Assembly: GCA_965197385.1 (NCBI GenBank)
Contig: CBDANA010000006.1
Location: 69,013-133,012, forward strand
DNA: 64,000 bases
Reading direction: 5' to 3'
Source of the DNA: Vicinamibacterales bacterium
GTDB lineage: Bacteria; Acidobacteriota; Vicinamibacteria; Vicinamibacterales; UBA823
The notes beneath the pieces are model-generated. The model did no database searches. It saw only the letters and a program-made list of their open reading frames with translations, and had not been told where the DNA came from. This document shows positions 16,523-25,488 of the stretch, piece after piece. The stretch's first letter is position 1, and every line of letters begins with the position of its first letter. A program made the translations under genes and the position numbers.

Positions 16523-17293
16523 TCAGTAGAACGACGTGTACCACCGCCACAGCGGCTCGCCCGTCAGGCTCGCGGCCAGCGCGCCGAGGGCCAGGAAGGT
16601 GCCGAACGGCAACGCGTACTTCAGTCCGCCTCGCCCGGCCGCCAGCACGGCGACGCCGACCAGCGACCCCGCCACCGACGCCAGGATCAGCGTCACGATC
16701 ATCAGCTCCCACCCGAGGAAGGCGCCGACCATGGCGAGCATCTTGACGTCGCCCATGCCCAACCCCTCCTCGCCCCGAATGCGATAGTAGCCTTCCGCGA
16801 TCCCAAAGAGCACACCGCCGCCGGCCAGCGCGCCGATCCCGGCGCTCACCCATCCCGGCGGGAGCCACAGGCTGCACGCCAGGCCGACACCTACGCCGGG
16901 CAGCGTCAAGACGTTCGGCAACAGGAGGTGGCGTAGATCGACGACGAACAGGACAACGAGGACGCAGGTGAACAGGAGGCGGACCGCCAGGAGCGGCTGC
17001 CAGCCGAACTGCCACAGGTGGAGGACGAAGAGTCCGCCCACGACCAGCTCGACCAGGACGTAGGCAGGTGAGATCCGGATCCCGCAGTCTCGACAGCGGC
17101 CGCCGAGCGCGAGATAGCCGAGCCCAGGGACATTGTCGTGCCAGCGGATGCGGGCACCGCACGCCGGGCAGCTCGACGCGGGTGTCACGACCGACTGGCC
17201 GTGCGGCACCCGATGAATGCAGACGTTCAGGAAGCTGCCGATGGCGAGACCGAACACCGACATGAACGCCGCCTCGGGCCACGTCATCGTCAC
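16523..17293 (-). CDS. pilD: Prepilin peptidase / N-methyltransferase (A24 family)
   Basis: 256-aa polytopic ORF with LNVCIHRVP...CPACGARIRWHDNVP...CRDCG zinc motifs and a GMGDVK active-site motif. Confidence 0.9.
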   Translation of the reverse strand: MTMTWPEAAFMSVFGLAIGSFLNVCIHRVPHGQSVVTPASSCPACGARIRWHDNVPGLGYLALGGRCRDCGIRISPAYVLVELVVGGLFVLHLWQFGWQPLLAVRLLFTCVLVVLFVVDLRHLLLPNVLTLPGVGVGLACSLWLPPGWVSAGIGALAGGGVLFGIAEGYYRIRGEEGLGMGDVKMLAMVGAFLGWELMIVTLILASVAGSLVGVAVLAAGRGGLKYALPFGTFLALGALAASLTGEPLWRWYTSFY

Positions 17294-18243
17294 GACGCCG
17301 CCCCGGACAGTCGGTTGGGCTCGGTGGGCAGCGGGTGCAGCACCGAGTCCGCGCCGACGTCGACCTCACCTGTCCCTGACCTCAGGCGATAGGGGGTCCC
17401 GGTCGGGTCGACCGGCAGACCCGGCAGGAGCCCTGCGCCAACGAGGTCGCCCCAATCGCCCGGCCACTGTCCCGTACGCTCACGATAGGCGGTGATCGCC
17501 GGTCGCAGCTGGTCGAGTCCATCCATCGCATCGAGCTGCAGCAACCGGCGTGCCGCCTCGTTCTGGAGCCACTCGTTGTCGCTCGTCTCAAGGAGCTGTT
17601 GCCACAGCAGCCGGGACCCCGCGCGCTGCCCCCCTTGCGCGAACGTCGTGGCCGCCAGCGGGCCGAGCCACTGGGGGGCACCCTCGACCTGGCTCGCCCG
17701 CTCGAACCACTCCGCCGCCGCCCCGTAGTCCTGAAGCCACCAGTAGTGAACGAACCCGATGTCCAGGACATACTGCCAGCGGTCGGGCATGGCCGCCACG
17801 CCTTTCTCGAGCAGCGCGATCGCCTGCTCGGGCTGGCCCGGCCCATCGGGATAGGCCTCGGTCAGAAAGATAGCACCGAACCGATAGGCGATGTTGAAGC
17901 GCGGGTCCAGCGTGGTCGTGAGGTTCAGGAGCGGATACAGCAGCGCGTAGCTCTTCTCGCCGGCGTCGGCGCGCTTGGTCGAACCGTAGTGCTGGATCGC
18001 CCGAATCCAGTAGACGTCGGCCAGGAGATCGTCGAACGACAGCGCCAGCCGCGTCAACGTCGGCCCGGAGCTGACGTACAGGAGCGACGACTCCGACGCA
18101 ACACTCGCAAAGCGGGCCTCCCGCGCCATCTGCACGGCGACGGAGGCGGCCATCATGACGGCGATCACGACTGCGAATCCGAGGCCGCGTCGGCGAAGCC
18201 GCGGCGGCGGCACGCCGTCGTGGGTGCCCCTGTCGGCAGTCAC
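17290..18243 (-). CDS. Hypothetical single-pass membrane protein, helical-repeat rich (candidate ABC/pilus accessory protein)
   Basis: 317-aa ORF with one N-terminal TM segment (GLGFAVVIAVMMAASVAV). The start overlaps the stop of the permease gene and the stop overlaps the pilD start, each by 4 nt. Confidence 0.5.
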   Translation of the reverse strand: MTADRGTHDGVPPPRLRRRGLGFAVVIAVMMAASVAVQMAREARFASVASESSLLYVSSGPTLTRLALSFDDLLADVYWIRAIQHYGSTKRADAGEKSYALLYPLLNLTTTLDPRFNIAYRFGAIFLTEAYPDGPGQPEQAIALLEKGVAAMPDRWQYVLDIGFVHYWWLQDYGAAAEWFERASQVEGAPQWLGPLAATTFAQGGQRAGSRLLWQQLLETSDNEWLQNEAARRLLQLDAMDGLDQLRPAITAYRERTGQWPGDWGDLVGAGLLPGLPVDPTGTPYRLRSGTGEVDVGADSVLHPLPTEPNRLSGAAS

Positions 18244-19079
18244 TTGAAGTCGCGCCTCGAGAAAATGAAGATCGACGCCAGCACGAGCACGGCGACATAG
18301 GTTGCGCCATACAGCGTCGTCAACCCCAGATAGCCGAGCGGGACGGGTTGCGCATGCACGACCGCATTCTTGACGTCGAACGGCGCCAGATTCGGGAGCA
18401 CGTAGTACAGACTGCGCGCGAGCCCGCCGACGATCGGGGAATCGACCACCGCTTCGAAGTTCCTGAGGTCGGCGTTGAAGTGCCCGACCACGTACAGCCC
18501 GACCGTCAGGGCGGCCGAAAGCAGCGGGCTGGAAAAGGTCGAGAAGAACAGCGCAACGGCGGTGATCAGCGACAGCTGGACGAAGATCAGGAAGAGCGCC
18601 TTAAGCAGAGCGGGATCGGTGGCCGGCGCCTCCCAGGTCGCCCTGAACTCCGGCGACTCGGTCCACGCCATGTACCCCAGGACCGCATACTGCGCCACCG
18701 CCATCACCGCCAGGTTCACGGCGAGCGTCAGGACGAGGCCGGCATACTTCCCGAGGATGAATTCGCCGCGGGTCAATGGCTTCGCTAGGAGGCTATAGAT
18801 GCTGCGGCGATCGACCTCCTTCGACACCAGTCCGATGCCGAGAAAGACGGCGATGAACAGGCCGAAGGCGGAGGTCGCGGCGAGCCCGAGGTCCTTGATG
18901 ATCTTAACGTCCTGTCCGGCGGTCAGCTGGCCGATCACGTAGGAGGCCCCGATCAGCAGCACGGCGAAGACCACGAGGTTGTAGAGCACCCGATCCCGCA
19001 CCGACTCCTTGAACACGTGGACCGCCACGTGGCCAATGACTCTCAGCGACTCCCGCCCGCGCCCGATTGTGAGGCTCAT
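18240..19079 (-). CDS. ABC-2 type transporter permease
   Basis: 279-aa ORF with about 6 TM segments. It is translationally coupled (4-nt overlap) to the upstream ATPase gene. Confidence 0.75.
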   Translation of the reverse strand: MSLTIGRGRESLRVIGHVAVHVFKESVRDRVLYNLVVFAVLLIGASYVIGQLTAGQDVKIIKDLGLAATSAFGLFIAVFLGIGLVSKEVDRRSIYSLLAKPLTRGEFILGKYAGLVLTLAVNLAVMAVAQYAVLGYMAWTESPEFRATWEAPATDPALLKALFLIFVQLSLITAVALFFSTFSSPLLSAALTVGLYVVGHFNADLRNFEAVVDSPIVGGLARSLYYVLPNLAPFDVKNAVVHAQPVPLGYLGLTTLYGATYVAVLVLASIFIFSRRDFK

Positions 19080-20086
19080 GATTCGCTCGGCTCAGCCGCC
19101 GCCCGGCCGGCGTCGCCGCCCGCCTGGGCGCGTTCGCGCTCGACCTCCACCTCGACCAAGCGCACGAACAGATCCTCGAGCGATTCGTGCAACGGGTTGA
19201 GCGAGACGACCCACCCGCCGCCACTGACGCAGGCCCGAACGAACGGATCCGGAGCGGACGCTCCGAGCTCGAACGCGTAGCGGCCGGGCCCAATCTCGGT
19301 CACCTGCTGCGCGCGCGCGCTGAGCGCTGACCGCGCGGCGGCCGGCAGATCGGCCACAACCAGTTCCCAGCCTCGACCGAACGACAGGATGTCTCCGAGC
19401 GGACCAGCCGTCACCAGGCGCCCGCCGATGAGGATCGCCACCTGGCTGCACATCGATTCGGCGTCCGCCAGGATGTGGGAGCTGAGGAAGACGGTTCGCC
19501 CCTGCTGCCGAAGGCCGAGAATCAGCTCCCGGATCTCCCGGCGCCCGATCGGATCGAGACCCGACATCGGCTCGTCGAGAAACACCACCTCCGGGTCGTT
19601 GAGCAGGGCTTGCGCGATGCCGACACGCTGGAGCATCCCCTTCGAGAACCGCCTCAGCAGATGCCGCCGCTCGACGCCAATCCCGACCGCGTCCAGGATG
19701 CGCTCCACGCGGCGCCGGCGGTCGGTCGAGTCATAGCCGAACAGCTGGGCGAAGTACGTCAGGAGTTCCTCGGCCGTCAAGTTGTCGTAGAAGTACGGGG
19801 TCTCCGGCAGGTAGCCGACGCGGCGGCGCACGCCGACGGAGCCCACGGGCTGGCCGAGAATCTCCGCCCGGCCGGACGTCGGAAAAATCAGCTGCATCAG
19901 CAGCTTGATCGTCGTCGTCTTGCCGGCGCCGTTAGGGCCGAGGAACCCGAAGATCTCTCCAGGCTCGACCGCCAGCGTCAGCTGGTCCAGCGCGCGATGG
20001 GGACGCCTGCGCCAGAACCCGATCGAGAAGTCCTTGGTCAGCCCTTCGGTTCGGATCGCGAACACGGATTCGCTCGAGCGCGTCAC
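19076..20086 (-). CDS. ABC transporter ATP-binding protein
   Basis: Walker A GPNGAGKTTT, signature LSKGMLQRVGIAQAL and Walker B VVFLDEPMSGLD. Confidence 0.9.
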   Translation of the reverse strand: MTRSSESVFAIRTEGLTKDFSIGFWRRRPHRALDQLTLAVEPGEIFGFLGPNGAGKTTTIKLLMQLIFPTSGRAEILGQPVGSVGVRRRVGYLPETPYFYDNLTAEELLTYFAQLFGYDSTDRRRRVERILDAVGIGVERRHLLRRFSKGMLQRVGIAQALLNDPEVVFLDEPMSGLDPIGRREIRELILGLRQQGRTVFLSSHILADAESMCSQVAILIGGRLVTAGPLGDILSFGRGWELVVADLPAAARSALSARAQQVTEIGPGRYAFELGASAPDPFVRACVSGGGWVVSLNPLHESLEDLFVRLVEVEVERERAQAGGDAGRAAAEPSES

Positions 20087-20110
20087 GGCAGAGGCGCCGG
20101 CCGCTGGTCG

Positions 20111-21313
20111 TCAGTCTTGTGATCCGCTCGCCCGTTCCAACTCGTAGGCAATCGCGGCGTCGAAGTACGGCACCGTCAACCCGCCGGCGATACGGACCCC
20201 GTTGATGACGAAGGTCGGCGTCGCCTCGACGCCGAGCGTCACGCCGAGCGCGATGTCCTCCCGGATGGACTCCAGCATCGTCGGATACTCGGCCTCGAAG
20301 TCCTCGACGCCGCCCACCTCCCGCGCCGCGGCGGCGACGCTCACGGGCGACAGCGTCGCCTGATGCTCGAACAGCCAGGCTTCGAGCAGTTCGGCCTGCC
20401 CAGTCCGTTCGGCCAGCTTGACCGCGGCGGCGGCCTCGCACGACGCTTGGTGCACTCCGTTGGGCGCCGTGTCGTTGCACTCGGGGTCGAGCGGGTAATG
20501 CTTCGTCACGAGCTTGACGGCGCCGGGCTGGACAGCGTCGTACTTGGCGAAGACAGGCTGATAGTTCAGGTAGGTCTGACGACACGGCGGACACATGTAG
20601 TCGTTAAACTTCACGACGAGCACGGCTGCGCCCCCGTCGGCGATCGGCAATTCGACTCTCGGCTGAGCGCCCCACCACCGCAGGAACTCCTCGCGCTCGG
20701 CGGCCGAGAGGGTCAGCACCGGCGCGCCGGCACCGGACCCGGCCGCGGGCTCGGCCAGCCAGGCGGCACCGAGGCCGGCGGCAGCGGCGAACGCCACCAC
20801 CGTCCCGAGACCGGCAGGAGTCGCCAACAGGCGTCGCAGGTCTCGCGACGCCAAGCCGGGCACCTGCGACATCGGAATCGAAGCCGACGCGCCGGTCACC
20901 ACGAAGAGCCCGGCGACCGCGACGTAGACGGTCACACACAGCAGACAGACCGCGTTGAGCACCACGAATGAGGCATAGGCCAGGTACAGCACGACCGCCA
21001 GTCCCACGGTCGACCAGGCGAAGAGGTACGCCGGCACGCGCGCCCGGAGCTTCGGCGTCCCGCGACGCGCGCCGACGAGCAGCAAGCCGCTCAGGGCGAA
21101 CCAGAGCACGCCGAGATACCCGACGGGCAGGCCGGCGACGCTGCCGTAGCGACTGAGATACACCTGGGAGCAACTGACCGTGGCGTTGACGTCGCAGAAG
21201 CTCACGTAGGCCTGATCGCTCAGCAACTGAGCATGGACGTAGGTCGACGCCCCTGACGCGCCGAGGCCGATCAGCACGAAGGCGACGAGGAGGCGCTGGG
21301 TGGCTGCAGTCAT
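20111..21313 (-). CDS. VKOR-family / DsbA-like thioredoxin fusion protein (disulfide bond formation)
   Basis: The N-terminal half has 4-5 TM segments with loop cysteines (FCDVNATVSCSQ) and a membrane CLLC motif, as in VKOR. The C-terminal half has a CPPC thioredoxin motif (KFNDYMCPPCRQTY). Confidence 0.8.
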   Translation of the reverse strand: MTAATQRLLVAFVLIGLGASGASTYVHAQLLSDQAYVSFCDVNATVSCSQVYLSRYGSVAGLPVGYLGVLWFALSGLLLVGARRGTPKLRARVPAYLFAWSTVGLAVVLYLAYASFVVLNAVCLLCVTVYVAVAGLFVVTGASASIPMSQVPGLASRDLRRLLATPAGLGTVVAFAAAAGLGAAWLAEPAAGSGAGAPVLTLSAAEREEFLRWWGAQPRVELPIADGGAAVLVVKFNDYMCPPCRQTYLNYQPVFAKYDAVQPGAVKLVTKHYPLDPECNDTAPNGVHQASCEAAAAVKLAERTGQAELLEAWLFEHQATLSPVSVAAAAREVGGVEDFEAEYPTMLESIREDIALGVTLGVEATPTFVINGVRIAGGLTVPYFDAAIAYELERASGSQD

Positions 21314-21344
21314 GGCTCGAGTGTCATGCGTTCCGCGCGGCGTC

Positions 21345-21386
21345 CGTCAAACGTCAATGGGCAATGGGCAACGGGCAACGGGCGAT
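21345..21386. repeat. Array of six tandem heptamers (CGTCAAA CGTCAAT GGGCAAT GGGCAAC GGGCAAC GGGCGAT)
   Basis: Read directly. On the minus strand it reads ATCGCCC GTTGCCC GTTGCCC ATTGCCC ATTGACG TTTGACG, 30-70 nt upstream of the VKOR-DsbA start. Confidence 0.9.
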
Positions 21387-21476
21387 GAGAACCGGGCGCG
21401 CTGCCCGCGCCCGCAAGGGGCGCCGAGGCGGCAGGGTCTGGCACCTGTTGTAGCGGTTTCGTCACGCGGAGGTCAA

Positions 21477-21504
21477 GTGTCGGGTGTCGGGCATCTGGCA
21501 TCGG
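21477..21504. repeat. Array of four tandem heptamers (GTGTCGG GTGTCGG GCATCTG GCATCGG)
   Basis: Read directly. It lies just past the pilA terminator hairpin. Confidence 0.9.
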
Positions 21505-21522
21505 GACGTCGCGTAGACGAAA

Positions 21523-21555
21523 CGAGGGATGCCCGCCCTTGGCGAGCATCCCTCG
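21523..21555 (-). terminator. Rho-independent-type terminator downstream of pilA
   Basis: 10-bp perfect stem CGAGGGATGC / GCATCCCTCG with a 13-nt loop, followed on the minus strand by TTTCGTCT. It lies 20 nt after the pilA stop. Confidence 0.6.
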
Positions 21556-21575
21556 CAGACGCCGCGGTGCGGCGG

Positions 21576-22127
21576 TTACTGAATCGGGGTGGCCGGCGCG
21601 GCCGGCGCGCCGAACTGGGTCACGGCGATCGCCGCGGTCGATTGAAAGATCGTGCCACCCTGATTCGTGCCGAAGAAGCGCGAGCCGGTGCTGCCCGCCA
21701 CCAGGGGCACCGCACCGACGAAGTAGGTGGTCGCGACGGCGCCAGCCGCCACGCCGTTGCAGGAGGCCGGCGCGCCAACCGCCGCTGCGCCGCCTGTCTG
21801 CGTGACCGTATAGCCACTCTTCAACGACGGGTCGGTGCTCAGATCCTGGCTGATGAACCCGTCCTGGCCGGCCACCGGCGGCGTCGCCAGCACGGTGAGC
21901 GACGGCGCATAGTTGCCGTTGGCGCAGCTCGCGGAGTAGCTCGACTGCGCGCTGTTGACGGCACGGAGCGACCCGATAGCGGACGCCTCGTTGCCGGCCA
22001 TCCGCGCCCGGAGCAGCCCCGGCACGGCGATCGCCGCGATGATGCCGATGATCGCGACGACGATCAGCAGCTCGATCAGCGTAAAACCTTTGTTATTCTT
22101 GACGGTGCCCTTCATGTTGCTCTTCAT
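21576..22127 (-). CDS. pilA: Type IV pilin (PilA-like major pilin)
   Basis: MKSNMKGTVKNNKG/FTLIELLIVVAIIGIIAAIAVPGLL carries the prepilin cleavage/methylation motif. The mature protein has two Cys (SASCANG, PASCNG). Confidence 0.9.
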   Translation of the reverse strand: MKSNMKGTVKNNKGFTLIELLIVVAIIGIIAAIAVPGLLRARMAGNEASAIGSLRAVNSAQSSYSASCANGNYAPSLTVLATPPVAGQDGFISQDLSTDPSLKSGYTVTQTGGAAAVGAPASCNGVAAGAVATTYFVGAVPLVAGSTGSRFFGTNQGGTIFQSTAAIAVTQFGAPAAPATPIQ

Positions 22128-22254
22128 GACATCTCCCCTTTACCGTTGACCATCTATCGGGTGACCCGCTGCAGCTGCCCGCTGGGACCGGCGTGTCACT
22201 GTGTGCCTTCAACAGCTCCGGAAGCGTAGCCATGCCCCCTCCGTACCTGCTCTG

Positions 22255-24009
22255 CTACCGAACCGTTTCGCGGACCACCTCGTCGATGCTCGTCACGCCA
22301 TCCTGAATCTTGCGCAGGCCGCTGAGCCGGAGCGTCAGCATGCCCTCCTCGGCCGCCTTTCGCCGCAACTCTGGCGCCGAGGCACCGACCAGGATGAGCT
22401 CAGGCATCTCGCTGGTGATCTCCATGACTTCGTAGGAGCCCGACGCGGCCCTTGTACCCGGTCTGGTTGCACCGGTCGCAGCCGGCCCCTTTCTGGGGCT
22501 TCACCTGCTGCGCCTCCTCCGGTGTGTAGCCGATGTCGACGAGCGCCTCCGAAGGAATGGTGGTCTCCCCTTTGCACGCAGTGCAAATCTGGCGCACCAG
22601 CAGCTGGGCGCAAATTAGGTTCACCGAACTGGCGACCAGGAACGGCTCGATCCCCATGTTCATCAGCCGGTCGATCGTGCTCGGGGCATCATTCGTATGG
22701 AACGTCGACAACACGAGGTGCCGGTAAGCGACGCCTTGACCGCGATCTCGGCCGTCTCGAAGTCCCGGATCTCACCGACGAGGATCGTGTCCGGATCCTG
22801 CCACAGGAAGGATCGCAGCGCGGCGGCGAAGTTGAGGCCGATGTTCTCCCGCACCAGCACCTGGTTGACGCCGGGCATGTTGAACTCGACCGGATCCTCG
22901 GCGGTCAGGATGTTCGTATCGACCGTGTTGATCCGCGAGATCGATGAGTACAGCGTATTCGTTTTCCCGCTGCCGGTGGAACCTGTCACCAGCACCATGC
23001 CCCACGGCTTCTGGATCGCCGCTTCGTAGCGCTTCAGCGATTCCGGCTCGAAGCTCAGCTTCGTCATGTCGAGCATCAACTTATCGCGGTCGAGGAGTCG
23101 CATGACGATCTTCTCGCCGAACAGCGTCGGCAAGCACGACACACAAAAGTCGATTTCCTTGCCTCGTCCGTTCTCATTGAACCGAATCTTGATCCGACCA
23201 TCCTGCGGCAAGCGTTTCTCGGCGATGTCCAGCTTGCCCATGATCTTGATGCGCGATGTGATCGCATCGCGAAACCGCATGGGCGGCTGCATGACGTTGT
23301 ACAGCGTGCCGTCGATCCGGAACCGCACGCGGAACTCGCGCTCGTACGGCTCGATGTGAATGTCGCTGGCCCCCTTCTGGATCGCGGACATCAGCACGAG
23401 GTTGACGGGCCGGATGACCGGTGCCTCGTCACCCTGCTTCTCGAGGTCCCTGACATCGATCTCCTCGAGATCTTTGAGGACCTCGACGTCGCCGTCAGCG
23501 ACCTCAGGCATCTCCTCGAGTGCGCGTGTCGCGACCTCGAGGGTGCTGGGAGCGTCCAGCGACGACTCACCTTCATCACCGTCTCCGGCACCGTAGTACT
23601 TCTGGTAGGCCTCGACGATCGCCACCTCGGACGCCACGACCGGCTCGACGTTGTAGCCGGTCGTGAACTTGATGTCGTCCATGGCGAGGACGTTGGTCGG
23701 ATCCGTCATCGCGATCGTCAGCGATGCGCCGGATCGGCTGAGCGGGATGATCTCGTATTTCTGGGCCGTTTCGGGCGGAACGAGCTTGAGGACCGACTCG
23801 TCGATCTCGAACTGAGTCAGATTGATCGACGGCACACCGTACTGTTTACTGAGGGGCGCGGTGATCTCGTCGTCCTGCACATAGCCGAGCTTGATGAGGT
23901 TGTAGCCGAGCTTCCCCCCATTCGACTTCTGATACTTCAGAGCCTCTTGAAGCTGCGCCGGAGTGATGAGTTTCTCCTTCAGCAGGAGCTCGCCGATTCG
24001 GGCCGCCAT
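22255..24009 (-). pseudogene. pilB: Type IV pilus assembly ATPase PilB (GspE family) with two compensating frameshifts
   Basis: The N-terminal T2SSE_N region and Walker A (VTGSTGSGKT) are in the ORF 22663-24009 frame. HLVLSTFHTNDAPSTIDRLMNMGIEPFLVASS...CTACKGE...CDRCNQTGYKGRVGL is in the ORF 22400-22714 frame. YEVMEITSEMPELILVGAS...DGVTSIDEVVRETVR-stop (22255-22257) is back in the first frame. One base is missing at about 22720 (GGC CAC reads as GGCAC) and one base is extra at about 22436. Confidence 0.85.
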
Positions 24010-24082
24010 CGTTAAGTCACACGGGAAAAATCAGTTGTTCGACCACAGAGGACGCCACTGGGGAGATCCTTGAATGTAGTCA

Positions 24083-25110
24083 AGCTGGTTATCCAGCTGA
24101 CTCAGGTGACCCCTACATCTTGTGGTCTCGCCGAGGGCCTCGCCCGACGTCTTTGACCATGGCCGTGTACGGCACAGGGGCGACCTGCACAGCCTGCTGG
24201 GCCAAGCGGTAGAACAGCATCCCGCGGTGCCGTGAGCGCCGGCGGTTGAACCGGAAGGTGAACTCGTCGAGGTAGTAGTCGAGATGTGCGGGGCTGACGG
24301 CACCCTGATGGGTGCCCAACAGCCACCGCTTGAGCAGGGACGTGACGAGATGAACGCGCGGCAGCAGTTGGTTCGCCGGCTCGGGATGCTCGGAGAGGAC
24401 GTAATCCGGTGCCGGTAGCCGTGCGCCTGCACGCGCTCGTAGCCCAACCAGCCATCCGTGTGCACCTGACTGCCGGGCTCGACGACGGCGTCGATGAAGC
24501 CCTGGAGGCTATTCGCCGATGCGTCCGGCACCCGGCGCAGCCGAATCCGGCCCAGCCGCTGGCCGACGTCCTCGGCAGCGACGGCAATCAGGGCCTTTTT
24601 CTTGGCCCCGCGGCCACTGACGCCATCCTCGACGCCCCCGACGAACGTCTCGTCCACTTCGACGTAGCCGGCGAGCCGGTCCCGGCTTGGCCGCACCATC
24701 GCCCGTCGCAGCTTGTGCAGCCAGGTCCAGGCCGTTTGGTAGCTGCCCAAGCCCAGCACCTGCTGCAGCGTCAGCGCGCTCGTCCCGGTCTTCTGACTGG
24801 TGACGGCCCACATCGCCCGAAACCAGACGGTGAGCGGGCTGCGGGTGTCCTGGAAGATCGTCCCAGCCGTGACGGACGTCTGGCGGCCACAGGCGGCACA
24901 CTCGAACAGCCGGCGGCGCACTGGCCACGCCTTCTGGTGGGCGCAGGTCGGACAGCGGAATCCGTCTGGCCAGCGCAGCCGAACCAGGTAGGCCCAACAC
25001 GCCTCCTCCGACCCGAATCGGGCGTCGAACTCGCCCTGATTCCTGGGGAAATCCGACACGAGGCCGTACGCTACATGTTGGGGTTACCTGAGTCAAATGG
25101 ATAACCAGCT
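24083..25110 (-). mobile_element. IS1595-family insertion sequence (~1.03 kb)
   Basis: 36-bp inverted repeats, 24083-24118 versus the reverse complement of 25075-25110, are 32/36 identical (AGCTGGTTATCCA...GACTCAGGT.ACCCC.ACAT). GTAGTC is present on both flanks (24076-24081 and 25111-25116). Confidence 0.75.
24113..25059 (-). pseudogene. IS1595-family (ISXO2-like) transposase, frameshifted
   Basis: The N-terminal Zn-ribbon (CPTCAHQKAW...CAACGRQ) and DDE region run up to GYERVQAHGYRHRIT. The continuation VLSEHPEPANQLLPRVHLVTSLLKRWLLGTHQGAVSPAHLDYYLDEFTFRFNRR is in another frame (ORF 24113-24319). One base is missing at about 24400. Confidence 0.8.
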
Positions 25111-25339
25111 GTAGTCGATTGACACTTTTTGTCAATTGACGCCTCGGCACGGGTACCGTCCCGCACGACCGACCGGACACGTGCCCCTCGAACCCGTGGT
25201 GACAGTCCGGCGAGGCGATGAGGCCCCTGGATCTTCTCGGAAGGGCAATGACATCACTGCAGCGCCGGAGCTGTGGAGCGCCGCAAGTCCGAAGGCGATA
25301 GTGCCAAATCCCGAGCAGCGCCGTGCTTTCGGCAGCCAG

Positions 25340-25465
25340 TGGTGAGCCCCGCGTCGCACCGAGACCGTCGAGGCGCCCGCCCCGCAAGGCGCGAGGAGGG
25401 AAAATACCGGAAGTATTCGACCGACGAGCAACGCCGCGGGGCGGGATGCATCGGCGGTCGCCGGG
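25340..25465 (-). repeat. SIR copy C, reverse orientation (core; an arm-like ACCCGTGGTGACAGTCCGGCG also occurs at 25193-25213)
   Basis: The reverse complement carries GCCGATGCATCCC, the hairpin AATAC-TTCCG-GTATT (25403-25417), CTCCTCGCGCCTTGC and GGTCTCGGTGCGAC. Confidence 0.7.
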
Positions 25466-25488
25466 AACGGAGGCGGCTTCGGGGTCGG

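Noticed and set aside
21439-21454. TGGCAC-N9-GC (TGGCACCTGTTGTAGC) resembling a sigma54 -24/-12 promoter near pilA.
   Set aside because: The GG-to-GC spacing is off by one. It is on the plus strand pointing away from any gene. I also found no properly spaced -24/-12 element upstream of pilA on the minus strand (22128-22255).
22430-22725. Programmed ribosomal frameshifting as an explanation for the paired shifts in pilB (and in the sigma54 regulator).
   Set aside because: There are no slippery X XXY YYZ heptamers or stimulatory structures at the shift sites. The shifts sit in ordinary codons of highly conserved motifs.
25118-25140. TTGACACTTTTTGTCAATTGAC palindrome next to the IS1595 end, a possible outward promoter or operator.
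   Set aside because: It contains a TTGACA and an inverted TGTCAA. However, there is no matching -10 at proper spacing and no downstream gene in either direction before the SIR material, so it cannot be supported.
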